A program made the translations under genes and the position numbers. Below, piece after piece: positions 47,539 to 59,697 of a DNA stretch of 64,000 nucleotides (its first letter is position 1; the number at the start of each line of letters is the position of its first letter). The notes under the pieces were generated by a model that saw only the letters and a program-made list of their open reading frames with translations, was not told the DNA's origin and did no database searches. Source of the DNA: Torpedo marmorata (taxonomy: Eukaryota); assembly GCA_977017645.1 (NCBI GenBank), contig OZ360234.1:79794001-79858000 (forward strand), written 5' to 3'.

Positions 47539-47779
47539 TTGGATGCCAGAACTTGCTCTTCATCGATGACTGCAGTTAAGAGTCAATCATATTGCTGGAA
47601 TCGCAGTGACATAACGAGCAGCTGGGATAAAGAAGATGAGTTCCTTTTTCTTTTTGAAGACGTATTATCTCTCTTATTGACACTATCACCAATATTTTGC
47701 TGCTTTAGATGACAATACATGTTCATGTAGCGTATTTTACCATTTTACGATTGCTCACAATACCTAACATGAGGTATTT

Positions 47780-48120
47780 TTGGTGTTATCATGGTCATAA
47801 TGTTGTTAATATACCAGCCAAAAAGCACACAGCAAGATCCCACAATAGACAGCATGAAAATAACTAGATCACCTGCTTTGGTGATGTTAGTTAGAGATAA
47901 ATATTGGCCAGGGCACTGGGGAGAGTTCCCTTATCATTCGAATTATGCCCTGCATATTGTCCACTTGATAAGTTGTCTCAGAAAAGTCCCCTCCTCCAAC
48001 AGTGTAGTATTTCCATCAGTACTGTGGTGTCAGCCAAGATTATGTGCTCATATCTCTGGACCAGGGACTTCAAGCGAGGACCTTCCATCTCAGGCATCCC
48101 ACTGAGGTACAGCTGACACT
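47780..48120 (-). mobile_element. Ancient DeuSINE-like SINE remnant
   Basis: GTGATGTTAGTTAGAGATAAATATTGGCCAGGGCACTGGGGAGAG resembles the reversed Deu-domain of shark SacSINE/AmnSINE-type elements; recognised from memory only. Confidence 0.45.
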
Positions 48121-48565
48121 GAATAGACATGGGAGGATTGAGGGAGATGGGGATAGGCAAGTCTCTGCTCATAAGCAGATCAGATTTACCTTTTCTAATC
48201 TTGACAGACTCGCAGAATCGTTAGCGCTGGTTTCTCTTTCCTCCACGCCTGTCCATTATAATTAGGGTTCTGGTGTCTATGTGTGGGAACTCACTCTGGG
48301 CAATACTATTGTACAAAAGCTTAACATGCCCATATCAAATTCTTCTCTCTGCTATGTCGTGACAGGGTTTATTTTAAAAGGATGCTGAAATGGAGTGAGG
48401 AATTGAACACCAGTGCATATTATATCCTTGCAAACCACTATTTTTCTGAAGATCTATTCTGTGTTTCAAACATCCATTTTCAAAAAAAATTCAAAACTTG
48501 TTTATAATGGGCAAAGTTCTTTATAATTTCTTATTCTGTAACTATTTCCTCTTATAAGACCATAA

Positions 48566-49381
48566 ATCTAAATGGCGGCGCTGCCAGAGCCACTGTAGCA
48601 GCAGCGCTGCCGCTGGTGCGGACCTGCGGGGAGCGAGAGGAGCGGAGATACAGCGCTCCCGCAGGGTTCAGCCGCCCAGTCGACTGCTGTCGGTTCCGCA
48701 CGGGCTTTGAACGGCCCGTTAAAGGAGCCGACGGTGGTTTTATTTGAGATCCCACGACCGCGGGGTCTGCGCCCAAGATGACAGCGCCTTTTAATCGGCA
48801 GCAGCCACGAGGGGCTGCAGACTCCGGGGAAGCGGGGGACTGGAGCAGGGCACCAGAGGACAGAAAGATCACCCCCGTCTGAGAAGGAGAAGCGGAGGAG
48901 ACGACCCACGGGACGGTGACCACAGCGGCGGACCGGTGAGGGGCTCTGAGGCTGAAGGACCAGTGCATGCGGCGGGCTGCTGGCGACTCGAGGCGAGGAA
49001 CCCGCGGAGGCTGTGGGCTGCTGGAGACTGGCTTGAACTGGTTGGAGGAGTACAAGGTATCGGAACCGGGATGCAAGGGGGTGCCGAGGGCGACCTGACC
49101 GTGTTGGAGGTTCGGATCTGGAGCTCGGGTTGCCGATGGTTTGGACTGGTCTCTGTGTGGCTGCAGAGGCTGCGGAAGCGCTGGAGGCGAATCTACAGAC
49201 ACTCGGTGACTCTGGGGGGACTCTCTTTTGCTTCTCTTTCTCTGACTGTAAGGAATGTTTGAGGCGCTTAGGCAATTTCTGCCGGTGGTGAATCTGTCTG
49301 CCTTGCAGCAGGCAAAAAGAAATTTCATGGAATATGACACTGTCTTATTACTATGACAATAAATTGAATCTTGAATCTTGA
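48566..49381 (+). mobile_element. Full-length young ~800-bp GC-rich non-autonomous retroelement
   Basis: Starts AAATGGCGGCG (YY1-type motif), ends ATGACAATAAATTGAATCTTGAATCTTGA; inserted in a CR1 ATAAGACC tail with ATAA on both sides. Confidence 0.88.
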
Positions 49382-49460
49382 ATAAGACATAGGAGCAGAA
49401 ATAGGCTATTCAGCCCATCGCAATCTGTTCCTTGCCATCATTAAATGTTTGGAAGTTGTT

Positions 49461-49643
49461 CAGTAAAACCCCTGGTATCCGGCATCTATGGGGATTGGTA
49501 GATGCTGGATAAGTGAATTTTCTGGTTGCTTGAGATTTTTTACTCTTTTTTACATGTTTTTTACTTATTTATTTTCTGCAAAATTTTTGCCGGTTGCTTG
49601 AGGCTGCCGGTTGCTTGAATTCCAGATAATGGGGATTTTACTG
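49461..49643. mobile_element. Tigger/pogo-like MITE
   Basis: TIRs CAGTAAAACCCC / GGGGATTTTACTG; repeated GGTTGCTTGA subterminal motif. Confidence 0.7.
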
Positions 49644-49937
49644 TATTGAGGCAAACAAAATAACTATAACACTTGGGCATCACATTCATTTCTTAATATA
49701 GTTAACTTTTACAAACCTCATTAATTCCTCTCCCCCCATAACCCTGAGACTTCCTCAATTCCCAGTCCTCCATCAAGGATGTTTGATTGGGGATTGTGGC
49801 TCCCTATCTAATGAAGTTTAAGCCATGTTTCCAGGAAACTCTACTCCAGCCACTGGGTGATACTTGGGGCACATGTGGTTTCACCCTGGATTCCCACATT
49901 CCACAAATCACCTTGCCAATCCTATTTATTAAGGAAG

Positions 49938-50112
49938 GGATGGCACAGTGGTGCAGCTGTGTTGTTGCCTCACACTCCAGTGACCAGGTTCAATCCTGGT
50001 CTCTAGTACTGTCTGCGTGGAATTTGCATATATTCTCAGTGGCTGCAGAGGTTTCCCCCAGGTGGTTCAGTTTCCTCCCATAACTCAAAGCATGTGGGTT
50101 AGCAGGCTAATT
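49938..50112 (+). mobile_element. Degenerate V-SINE
   Basis: GGCACAGTGGTGCAG head, GGTTCAATCC B-box, GGAATTTGCATATATTCTC...GTTTCCTCCCA V-domain. Confidence 0.7.
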
Positions 50113-50114
50113 AT

Positions 50115-51428
50115 AGTCATGGAGATGTACAGTACATAACAGACCCTTCAGATCACCTCGTTCATGCCAACTAAGTTGTCATTCTGGGCTAGTCCCATTT
50201 GCCTGCATTTAGCCAAGTCAAGTCAAGTCTCGTCTGATTGCACAAGTTCAACCCGACGAAACAGCTTTCTTCGATGCAAAGCACGCAGGCAAACAATCAG
50301 ACATAACACACATGCAGCCGAAGCCCATCTCCTCCTTAACTGTTCCCATCCATATATCTGTCCAAATGCTATTTGAACATCAAAATTTTACCCGCTGCTG
50401 TAGATTCCTCTGGCAGCTTGTTCCAGATACAGACCAAACTTTGAGTGAAAAAGTATCCCGTCAGTTCCCTCTTGAATCTTTCCCCTCTCACCTTAAACCT
50501 ATGCCCAGCTAAACCCACTCTGGTCATGCCTGCTATTGTAAACAGTGAAGACGATTGCCAAAAATTGCAGCAGGATCTTGATCGGTTGGGCAGGTGGGCA
50601 GAGGAATAGTTGATGGAATATAATGCAGAGAAATGTGAGGTGTTGCATTTTGTGAGGTCTAACATGGGTGGGACCTACACAGTGAATGGTAGGGATCTGG
50701 GGAATGTTGTAGAGCAGACAGATCCAGAGTGCAGGTACTTAGTACTTTGAAAGTGGTGTCACAAGTAGATAGGGTGGTCAAAAGGGCTTTCGGCACATTG
50801 GCCTTCATCAGTCAGAGGATTGAGTGCAGAAGTTAGGAGGTCATGTTGCTGTTGTGTAAAAGGTTGGTGAGACTGCATTTGGAGCATTGTGTTAAGGTTT
50901 GGTAACTGTGCTACAGGAGGATGTTGTCAAGCTGGAGAGGGTACAGAGAAGGTTTATGAAGATGTTGCCAGGATTTGGGGGCTTGAACTAGAGGGAGAGG
51001 TTGAGCAGGCTAGGATTTTATTCCTTTAAGCACAGGAGGGTGAGAGGTGATCTCATAGAGGTGTACAACATCATGAGAGGATTAGATCGGGTGAACACAG
51101 AATCTTTTGCCCAGAGTAGGGGAATTCAGTGACCAGCGACATACTGTAGGTTTAAGGTGAGGGGGGAGAGATTTAATAGGAACCTGAGGACCAACCATTT
51201 TACACAGAGGATGGTGGGTGCTTGGAACTCGCTGCAAGAAGAGGTGGTTGTGGCAGGTGCTATTGCAACTTTTAAGAAAAATTTGATTGATACACAGATA
51301 GGATGGTCTTAGAGAGATATGGGCCAAACGCAAGCAGGTGGGACTAGTGTGGGTGGGACATTTTGGTCGGCATGGGGAAGTTGGGCCGAAGAATCTGTTT
51401 CCATGCTGTTTGACGATATGACTCTATG
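50115..51428. mobile_element. CR1 cluster (minus tail 50115-50510; plus fragment 50520-51428)
   Basis: HRFKVRGERFKRELTGYFFTQ on minus; LQQDLDRLGRWAEE...EKCEVLHF and CR1 tail on plus. Confidence 0.8.
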
Positions 51429-51879
51429 AGAGGAACTCGGCAAGTTGAGCAGCATCAGCAGAAGAAAAGGAATGGTGGAAGTTTCTGCCCTCTGGTAATA
51501 GAATTGGTTCACCATTTTAAGGTACTCTAGCATAAGGTTGAGTGATAGAGGTGGTGGGCATTCATCAGAATGAGAGGAGAATAGAATGGGTTTGGATAGG
51601 ATCTCTGTTGATGGCACAAGCAATGGGCTGAAGGGCCTGTTTCTATGCTGTAGGATTCAATGGTGCATCTAATGGTGGTAGGTGCTCCACAGGAGGAGCT
51701 CACTCCTCCATCAGGCCTCCGCTGCCTCTTTCAGTTAGTTCCTCTCCCATGCTTGTTCCCTATTGCTCTTGAAATAATTCCCGCAAATTAACCAATTCCT
51801 CCTTTCAAACTTTTAAACCCTTCAGTTCATGTCCTTGCTTACTGACATCCATTTCAGTGCCCTATGTAATCTTCTCCAT

Positions 51880-53090
51880 GGAGTTACGTCCTCCTGCACC
51901 CACGACTGCACAGCGAGATACAATTCCAACTCCTCTTCAAATTCACCCACAACACCACAGTAGTAGGCTGGGTATCAAATAACATCAAGGTGGAATACAG
52001 GAAAGAGATTGGTGCCAAGATGATAACTTCTCTCAATGTCAATAAGGTGAAGGAGATGATCATTGACTTCAGGAGAAGGGGCAGAGTCCACACTCCTGTC
52101 CACATCAATGGCTCCGAAGTCAAAAGAGTAGATAGCTTCAAGTTCTTAGGAATAAATATTTCCAAAAAACATGAAAGTCTGCAGACCCTGAGGTTGAAGT
52201 AAAAACACAATGCTGGAGAAACTCAGCAAGTCAAACAGTGTCCTTTAAAGATAAAGATACATAACCGGCGTTTCGGGCCTGAGCCCTTCATCAAGGTGTG
52301 GAAAAATGTCAGCAGGCACCGGAATTTATAAAAAAAAAAGACCTGACCTGAGCCAAGCACATTGGCATGACGGTCCACAAAATGCACCAACACCTCTCCT
52401 TGCTCAGAAGACTAAGGAAGTTTGGCATCCCCATTGTTTCCTCAACAACTTCTACAGGTGCAGACTTTCTGGATGCATCGCAGCGTGGGGCGGGAGCTGC
52501 TTGATAAGGTCTTGATTACAAAGGGAATCAAGGGTTATGGGGAGAAGGCAGGAGAATGGAGTTAAAAGATAGTAAATCAGCCATAATGAAATGACAGTGT
52601 GGACTCGATGGTCCAAATAACTAAATTCCGCTCCTGGGTCTTGTGGTTTGCTCAATATCATGAGAAGCTGCAGAAGGTGGTGAATGCAGCCCAGGGCATC
52701 ACACAAACTTCCCTCCCCTCCATGGACTCCATCTACATCACCCACTGCCTAGGAAAGGTGGCCAACACACTGAAGGGCCCATCACTCCCTGGACACACTC
52801 TCTTCTCCCTCCTCCCATCGGGGAGAAGGCTCTAGAGTGTGAAATGGTGTACCAACAGGCTTAAAGTCAGTTTCTTCCCCGCAGCTATCAGGCTCCTGAA
52901 TGAGCCCCACAACAGTGCTCTCACACTGCCCTTGCTGGTGTTGATTGATCGTCCTTTACATTGTAATCCTGCACTCTGTAAATTGTGCACTTTACACGGC
53001 AATGTGAATGTTAGAGATAACCTGTTAGACTGCTTGCACAAGAACCCTTCTCACTGTACTCAAGATAACATGACAAACTTGAATTCAGAC
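51880..53090 (+). mobile_element. Degenerate Rex1-like LINE interrupted by Penelope (~52175-52320) and CR1 (~52500-52645) pieces
   Basis: LNVNKVKEMIIDFRR...VDSFKFLGINI; NRLKVSFFPAAIRLLN. Confidence 0.75.
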
Positions 53091-54079
53091 GTCCTCTTAG
53101 GAGAGATGCTGCTGTTTCTGGGTAGGTGGATGAGAGACCAGGAGTGGTCACCATTTCATCACGTACACTCAAATCTTGGGTTTACAGAGGATGAATTGTA
53201 AGAGGGAAGAGTAAGTGATGGGCAGTGATGGTGACACAGGAAAGTAGGGAGGGCATTTGATCAGGACAAAATTTTTCACCTTGCTGGGTTTCAGGAATCA
53301 GTTGATTTCCTTGGGTTGCCGCCTTTCAAGGCTTCAGTTTAATCATTCACCAGTCAGCCTCTTTTTACCACATTTTACTTCCTCAACACTTTGGCTTGTA
53401 CGTTTCCTGATTGACTCCCATTTTATCCAATTAGGATACAGCCCCAGAGGAATCTCTCCCTCCCTCAGTTCCTGTTGCTTTACTTTTTTCCCTTCTCCAT
53501 TAAACTATTTCTCATAATTTATCGAGTTATTTTTCCTTTGGTATTTTCCCTCTGCCAGCTCGCCCTTTGGGATTTGTGCAACGATCTCATGGGCTGGCAA
53601 GATTAGGTCTAGTTTCACACAGTGCAATTATTGAAGAGTATCCCATTTCCTTCACTAAGTTCATGTCTCATGCTTCCTGCCACTTCAATGTCAGGCTGTC
53701 AAAGAAGGAACTTTGTAATGAGTTAGATATTTAAATCAAACTTGACCTAACCACAGTCAGGGTTTAATTGCTTGGCAACAAGAGAGATTCACTGTCAAGT
53801 ATATGACAATGCAGGTGAATGTGATGGGAGTGGTGGCATGAGTGAGTTATCTTTTGTCTGCTTCTCTCCTGTCCACTGGTATTAATTCCTTTGATAGCCA
53901 CTGTATTCCAATGGTTCACCAACTTCAGCACTGACAGTTCGTGGTCCTTGGTGGTCACTGGTACCAGACCATGGACATCATCAAATTCAGGCACAACCCT
54001 GATCTTGCCATCAACTTCCATGCAAAGTTTGTCACCCCTGGCTAACGATCTCGGACATCCCTCTGACAGAGACAGATAC

Positions 54080-55800
54080 ACGCCAGCTATGGCAGGGAGT
54101 GCAGGCCATTGCAGCCGACAAAGCGAGGGCGAACACTATAGACGGCTGTGATGCTTCACTACCCGATGAGCTGAACACCTTCTATGCCCGCTTTGAGAAG
54201 AAGAACCAAACAGTGCCTACTAGAATCCCTGAAAAGGCTGAGGACCCTGTGATATCTGTCTCTGAGGGCGACGTCAGAACATCATTCAAGAGGGTGAACC
54301 CTCGCAAGGCGTCAGGCCCTGACGGCGTACCTGACAGGGTACTGAAAATCTGCACCAACCAACTAGCTGGAGTGTTCACAGACATTTTCAACCACTCATT
54401 GTGGCAGTCAGAGGTTCCCACCTGCTTCAAAAGGGCATCAATCATCCCGGTACCCAAGAAGAGTAGTGTGAGCTGCCTCAATGATTAACGCCCAGTAGCA
54501 CTAACTTCTACTGTGCTGAAATGCTTTGAGAGGCTGGTCATGGCCAGAATTAACACGTACCTAAGCAAAGATCTGGACCCACTACAATTCGCCTATCGCC
54601 ACATTCGCTCCACAGCAGATGCAATATCGCTGGCTCTCCACTCAGCTCTGGATCACCTCGAAAACAACAATTCATACTCTCTTCATCAACTACAGCTCGG
54701 CCTTCAATACCATTATTTCCTCAGTGTTGGTCAAGAAGCTACAAACTCTAGGCCTCTGTACCCCACTCTGCAATTGGATCCTTGACTTTCTCATTGGAAG
54801 ACCACAGTCAGTACGCAATGGAAACAACGTCTCCTCCTCACTGATTATCAACACAGGCGCACCCCAAGGATGCGTGCTTAGCCCACTGCTCTACTCGTTA
54901 TACACCCATGACTGTGTGGCCAGGCACAATTCCAATGCCATCTACAAGTTTGCCAATGACACTACAGTTGTCGGCAGAGTCACAAACGGCAATGAGGAAG
55001 CATACAGGAGGGAGATAGATCAGCTCGTTGAATGGTGTAACGAAAACAACCTTGCGCTCAACGTCAGCAAAACCAAGGAGATGATTGTGGACTTCAGGAG
55101 GAAGTCAGGGGAACACGACCCAGTCCTCATCGAGGGTTCAGTAGTGGAGAGGGTCAAGAACTTCAAATTCCTGGGTGTCAACATCTCCGAGGATCTGTCC
55201 TGGAGCCTCCACGTTGATGCAATCACAAAGAAGGCTCGCCAACAGCTATACTTTGTGAGGTGTCTAAGGAGATTCGGTATGTCACCAAAGACTCTCGTAA
55301 ACCGGTACAGGTGTACCGTGGAGAGCATTCTGGCTGGTTGAATCACTGCCTGGTATGGAGGCACCAACTCTCAGGACAAGAATAAACTCCAGAGGGTTGT
55401 TAACTCGGCCTGTGACATCACAGGCACCAGACCTCACTCCATCGAAGAAGACATCTACACGAGGCGATGTCTTAAAAAAGCAGCCTCTATCCTCAAAGAC
55501 CCCCACCACCCAGGCCATGCCCTCTTCATTCTGCTACCATCAGGAAAAAGGTATAGGAGCCTAAAGCCGAGCACTCAACGGCACAAGGACAGTTTCTTCC
55601 ACGCTGCCATCAGATTCCTAAATAATCAATGAACCAAAGACACTGCCTTACTTTTCGTGCACTATTATTTATATATATATATTTTTTTAATATAGTAATG
55701 TCGTAAGATGGTTATAATATGATTGTTTGCACTATGATGCTGCAGCAAAACACCGAAATTCATGACTTGTTCATGACAATAAATTCTGATTCTGATTCTG
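54080..55800 (+). mobile_element. Rex1/Babar-like LINE, 5'-truncated, disrupted RT
   Basis: [62 protein letters not shown] (FADD altered), FKFLGVNI; stops and frameshifts; tail ATGACAATAAA(TTCTGA)3. Confidence 0.9.
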
Positions 55801-55840
55801 AACTGGTCAAAGGTGGCTCAGCTACATTTGGTACAAAACT

Positions 55841-56362
55841 TAAATTTCAAAGTTCAGATTTATTGTCAGAGTACATACATGACATCACATGCAACCCTGA
55901 AATTCTTTTCTCTGCGGGCCAGACAGAATTTGTTCTTATCGGTAATGCAAAAAAAGTGTACTCAAGAAAAGATGCATATACAAAAGAGAGAAATGTAAAC
56001 AAGGAAAGAAATGTAAACAAACTGTGCAATACAGAAAATAAATATTCAATAATAAATTATGTGCAAAGTAAGAGTCCTTAAATGAGTCTCTGATAGAGTT
56101 TTTTGTTTAGGAGTCTGATGGAGGAGGGGTAGCAACTGTTCCTGAACCTGGTGGTACGAGTCTAGTGACACCTATACCTCTTTCCTGATGGCAGCAGCGA
56201 GAACAGAGAATGTCCTGGGTGATGTGGATCCTTGATGATTGCTGCTGCTCTTCAATGGCAGCGTTCCACATAGATTTTCTCAATGGTGGGGAGAGCTTTG
56301 CCTGTGATGTACTGGGCTTGTCCACTACCTTTTGTAGGGCTTTCCACTCAGAGGTATTGGAC
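55841..56362 (-). mobile_element. Second Rex1-related LINE 3' end, tail-to-tail with the previous one
   Basis: TTTATTGTCA tail on +; minus strand has ...CCAGGTTCAGGAACAGTTGCTACCCCTCC (TRFRNSCYPS-like). Confidence 0.75.
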
Positions 56363-57429
56363 CATGGAGGTGGTGCAGATGAGGTTCACCAGAAATTAGA
56401 GGGTTAGGTTTTGAGCAGAGCTTAATTTGCCTGGGACCATACTGACTGGAGTTTAGCAGGAAGAGGGGGAAATCTTGTAGAAGTAGATAAAATTATCAAA
56501 GGAATAGATAAGATCGAGGCAGGGAGTTTATTTCCACTGACAGGTGAGACTAGAATTAGGGGACACAGCCTCAAGATTCAGGCGAGTAGATTTAAGACAG
56601 AGTTGAGGAGGAACTGCTTCCCCCAGAATATTTATTATCTATCTAATTTTTTGAATTTAATGTCTTTTTAAAATTTAATTATTTTTTAAGTTGTTTTTAC
56701 AAAGTATCTGTTAGAGTAAGGATTTTGGTACGTTACCTTATAGATGACAACAAACTCGTTACCATTATTATTCGATGAACGCTCATGTTGCCAATCAGGA
56801 TATTTACAGTGAAATGAGTAAATGCAGGAAATACTCAGCAAGTCAGGCCACAGAGCTAACATTTTAGGTGAAAGACCCTTTTGTCGGAATATTTGCAACA
56901 TCTGACACCCCCCCCCCCCACTCCTGAGGCGTACTTTCCCAGTTCTGCCATTCGTCTCAAGCTTCACTGCAACTACTTCCTTCTGCTGACCAGCCCAGCC
57001 TGGATTTGAACAACTTGTTGTATCCGTAGGCACCTTTCTTAAGTTTAGTTATTTGTCTCGTCGCCACTGTCCCTTCATGTTGGGCTCCCACAGCTGGACA
57101 TTTCTCCACTGCGGCAAACAGAAGGCCTGGAATCCTCCATACTGAGGCAACGCGTCGATGACATATGGGAAGCACTTGGTCACATTCGTAAAATGTTGCC
57201 AACTATTGTTACGTATGTCACAGGCTCTTGACAACAAAGGAGCAGATTTGATCTCATTGGGTTGGAGCAGATTTTGAAGCCAACTGAGTCACGCAGCCCA
57301 TATCAAGCCCACGGAGTCACTGCAAACCATCAAGTACTATTTGCACTCATCCAACACAAATCCCATTTATCCATTCTCTCCTAATTCCTTTATGGCAATA
57401 TGGACACCCAATTTTCATCGAGTTAAGAG

Positions 57430-57658
57430 CATGGAAACGATAAGAATTAGGAGCAGAATTAGGCCATTCGACCCATCAAGTCTGCTCCAAATCATGGCTG
57501 ATATATTTTTCCCTCTCAACCCCATTCTCCTACCTTCTCCCTACAACCTTTGATGACCTTACTCATCAAGAATCTATCAACCTCTGCTTTAAATCTACCC
57601 AATGACTTTGCCTCCACAGCTGTCTGTGGCAACGAATTCCATAGATTCACCACCCTCA
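57430..57658 (-). mobile_element. CR1 3' tail fragment
   Basis: TAGGAGCAGAATTAGGCCATTCGACCCATCAAGTCTGCTCC, reverse CR1 3'UTR. Confidence 0.75.
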
Positions 57659-58356
57659 TTTCTTCAGATGAACGATTCTGCGCCACGCGTTAAACACCTG
57701 TTTACATGCACCTCCACTAAATCTCTATTCTCCCTGCCTTCCCATCAATATGGTGAATGATTTGGCAGGGAACATGAAGGTGATGATGCTTCCATGATCC
57801 TGCTGCTCTTGCCTTACCTGGTGGCCGAGGTGATGGCAATGGGTGATGCAGTCAGAGAGCCTACAGTCAGTGTACTTTGTAGCAAACAAAGAATTGCGGG
57901 TCAGGCAGGATCCACAGGTAGAAATGGTCAACGTACCGGGTCAGGACCCGTTACCCAGACTCGAGTCAGTGTATTTTGTAGATGGTGGACTCTGTAGCCA
58001 TGGAAAGTATTGCTCTGGTGGGGAAATGATGGTGTATGGGAGGATGGTGCTATTTGGCAAAGGGGACAATCATCTAAGTTTGGTGATTGAGATTTGAAAT
58101 TTGAAAGCAGCTTTCCCACAAAAGGGACCACTGGGACACAAATTTCCCACCCAAGCAGTTGTGGCTGATTTTAAATGTTCTACCTGAGACCATTAGACGT
58201 TGTTCCATCATCCTTAATGTCCTGACATAACAATGGGGAGTAAATGGTGAAGGGCACATCAGCAATCACCTAATTAAACTGTGGGGAAAAGCCGCAAGGT
58301 TTTGAATCGCCTCACCTTGCTCTTATTCTGTTAACTCTAAGCTACATATTTTACAC

Positions 58357-58574
58357 CAGCCATTCTCAACTTTTGTTTTGGCTATGGCCCGCTTAGGACT
58401 CTGCTCAACGTTTATGGGCCCCCTTCCCTGTGAAGCAGTCAAGTTTAGTTGGTTTCTTCTGTACTTCTCTCTTACCAACTGCATAAAAAATATTTTATGA
58501 TTTCAGTCGTGGCCCCCCCTTGAATGTGATGTGGCCCCTGTACGGCTCCCATTAAAAAAAAATAAAAATGGCTG
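58357..58574. mobile_element. hAT-Charlie-like MITE
   Basis: Ends CAGCCATTCTCAAC / AAAATGGCTG with internal GGCCCC motifs; a related left end at ~12548. TSD only 5/8 (TTTTACAC/CTTTAGAA). Confidence 0.55.
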
Positions 58575-59284
58575 CTTTAGAATTTGAAGTTTAATTCTGA
58601 TATTTTTAAACGTGGGCTCTCCTTTCTGAAGCAAGGGGATCTGCTGTGCCCTTAGTAGCGTGGATTTTGTCAGCTAGCAGCCCGTTCTCAGCACCATCAT
58701 TTTCAATGTACTGATGAAAGGCCAAGTGCCATAACTTGTTGCAACTAGACACAGACCTGCCGGCAGCTGTTTGTTTGAAACACTATTGCATGGACAACTA
58801 GGTTATCAGAAGTATCATCTACGCATGAGTGAAGGAGCAAGAAACGTTGGGAAGAACCTTTTCAGTGCTGAAACATCTCCTTCATTCCTTTACCCTTAGT
58901 CCATGCACATGTAAAGTTTTTTATCCTAGCTAGTGCAAATAAAAATCCTTCGGTTTAAAGGCAATAGTGATTCTATAATTTCATGAGAATATCAATTAGC
59001 CAATGAAGGATATTACATGGAGTTTGTTCTGATTTTAGACACTAGAATGTTTTAAAGTGCCTATAACTGATGAAGTACATTTGAGCTGTATTCCACAATG
59101 TGTGGAAATAAGGAAACCAAATTTTCCAGCGTCATACAGCACAGAAACAGTCTTTTACCTCACTGATTCTCCGCCATCCATTAAACACCCATTTCCACTC
59201 ATCAACACCCCCTTGATTCTACCCCTCACCTACACGCTAAGGACCAACTAACCTACCAACACACATATCATTGGGATTGTCACA

Positions 59285-59697
59285 CAGTGTGGAAACAGGC
59301 CTTTTGGCCCAACGTGCCCATGCTGACCAAAATGTCCCACCCACACCAGTCCCACCTGCCTGCGTTTGGCCCATATCCCTCTAAACCCATCCTAACCATG
59401 TATCTGTCTAAATGTTTCTTAAGCATTGCAATAGTACCTGTCTCAACCACCTCCTTGGGCAGCTTTTTCATACACCCACCATCCTCTATGTATATTAAAA
59501 AAAAGTAACCCCTCAGGTTCCTATTAAATTTCTCTCCCTCTCACCTTAAATCTGTGTCTAGCAGTTACAGATTTTCCCTTCTCTTGGCAAAACACTGTGT
59601 GTTCACCCGGTTTATTGCTCTCGTGATTTTGTACACCTCCATGAGATCATCCTTCATCCTCCTGTCCTCCAAGGAACAAAGCCCTAGCCTGCTCAAC
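59285..59697 (-). mobile_element. CR1 3' fragment
   Basis: ELSRLGLCSLEDRRMKDDLMEVYKI; LPKEVVETGTIAMLKKHLDRYM. Confidence 0.8.

Noticed and set aside
48552-49340. 262-aa and 235-aa minus-strand ORFs
   Set aside because: Ser/Pro/Arg-rich frames inside a GC-rich repeat; broken in the other copies; no recognisable domain.
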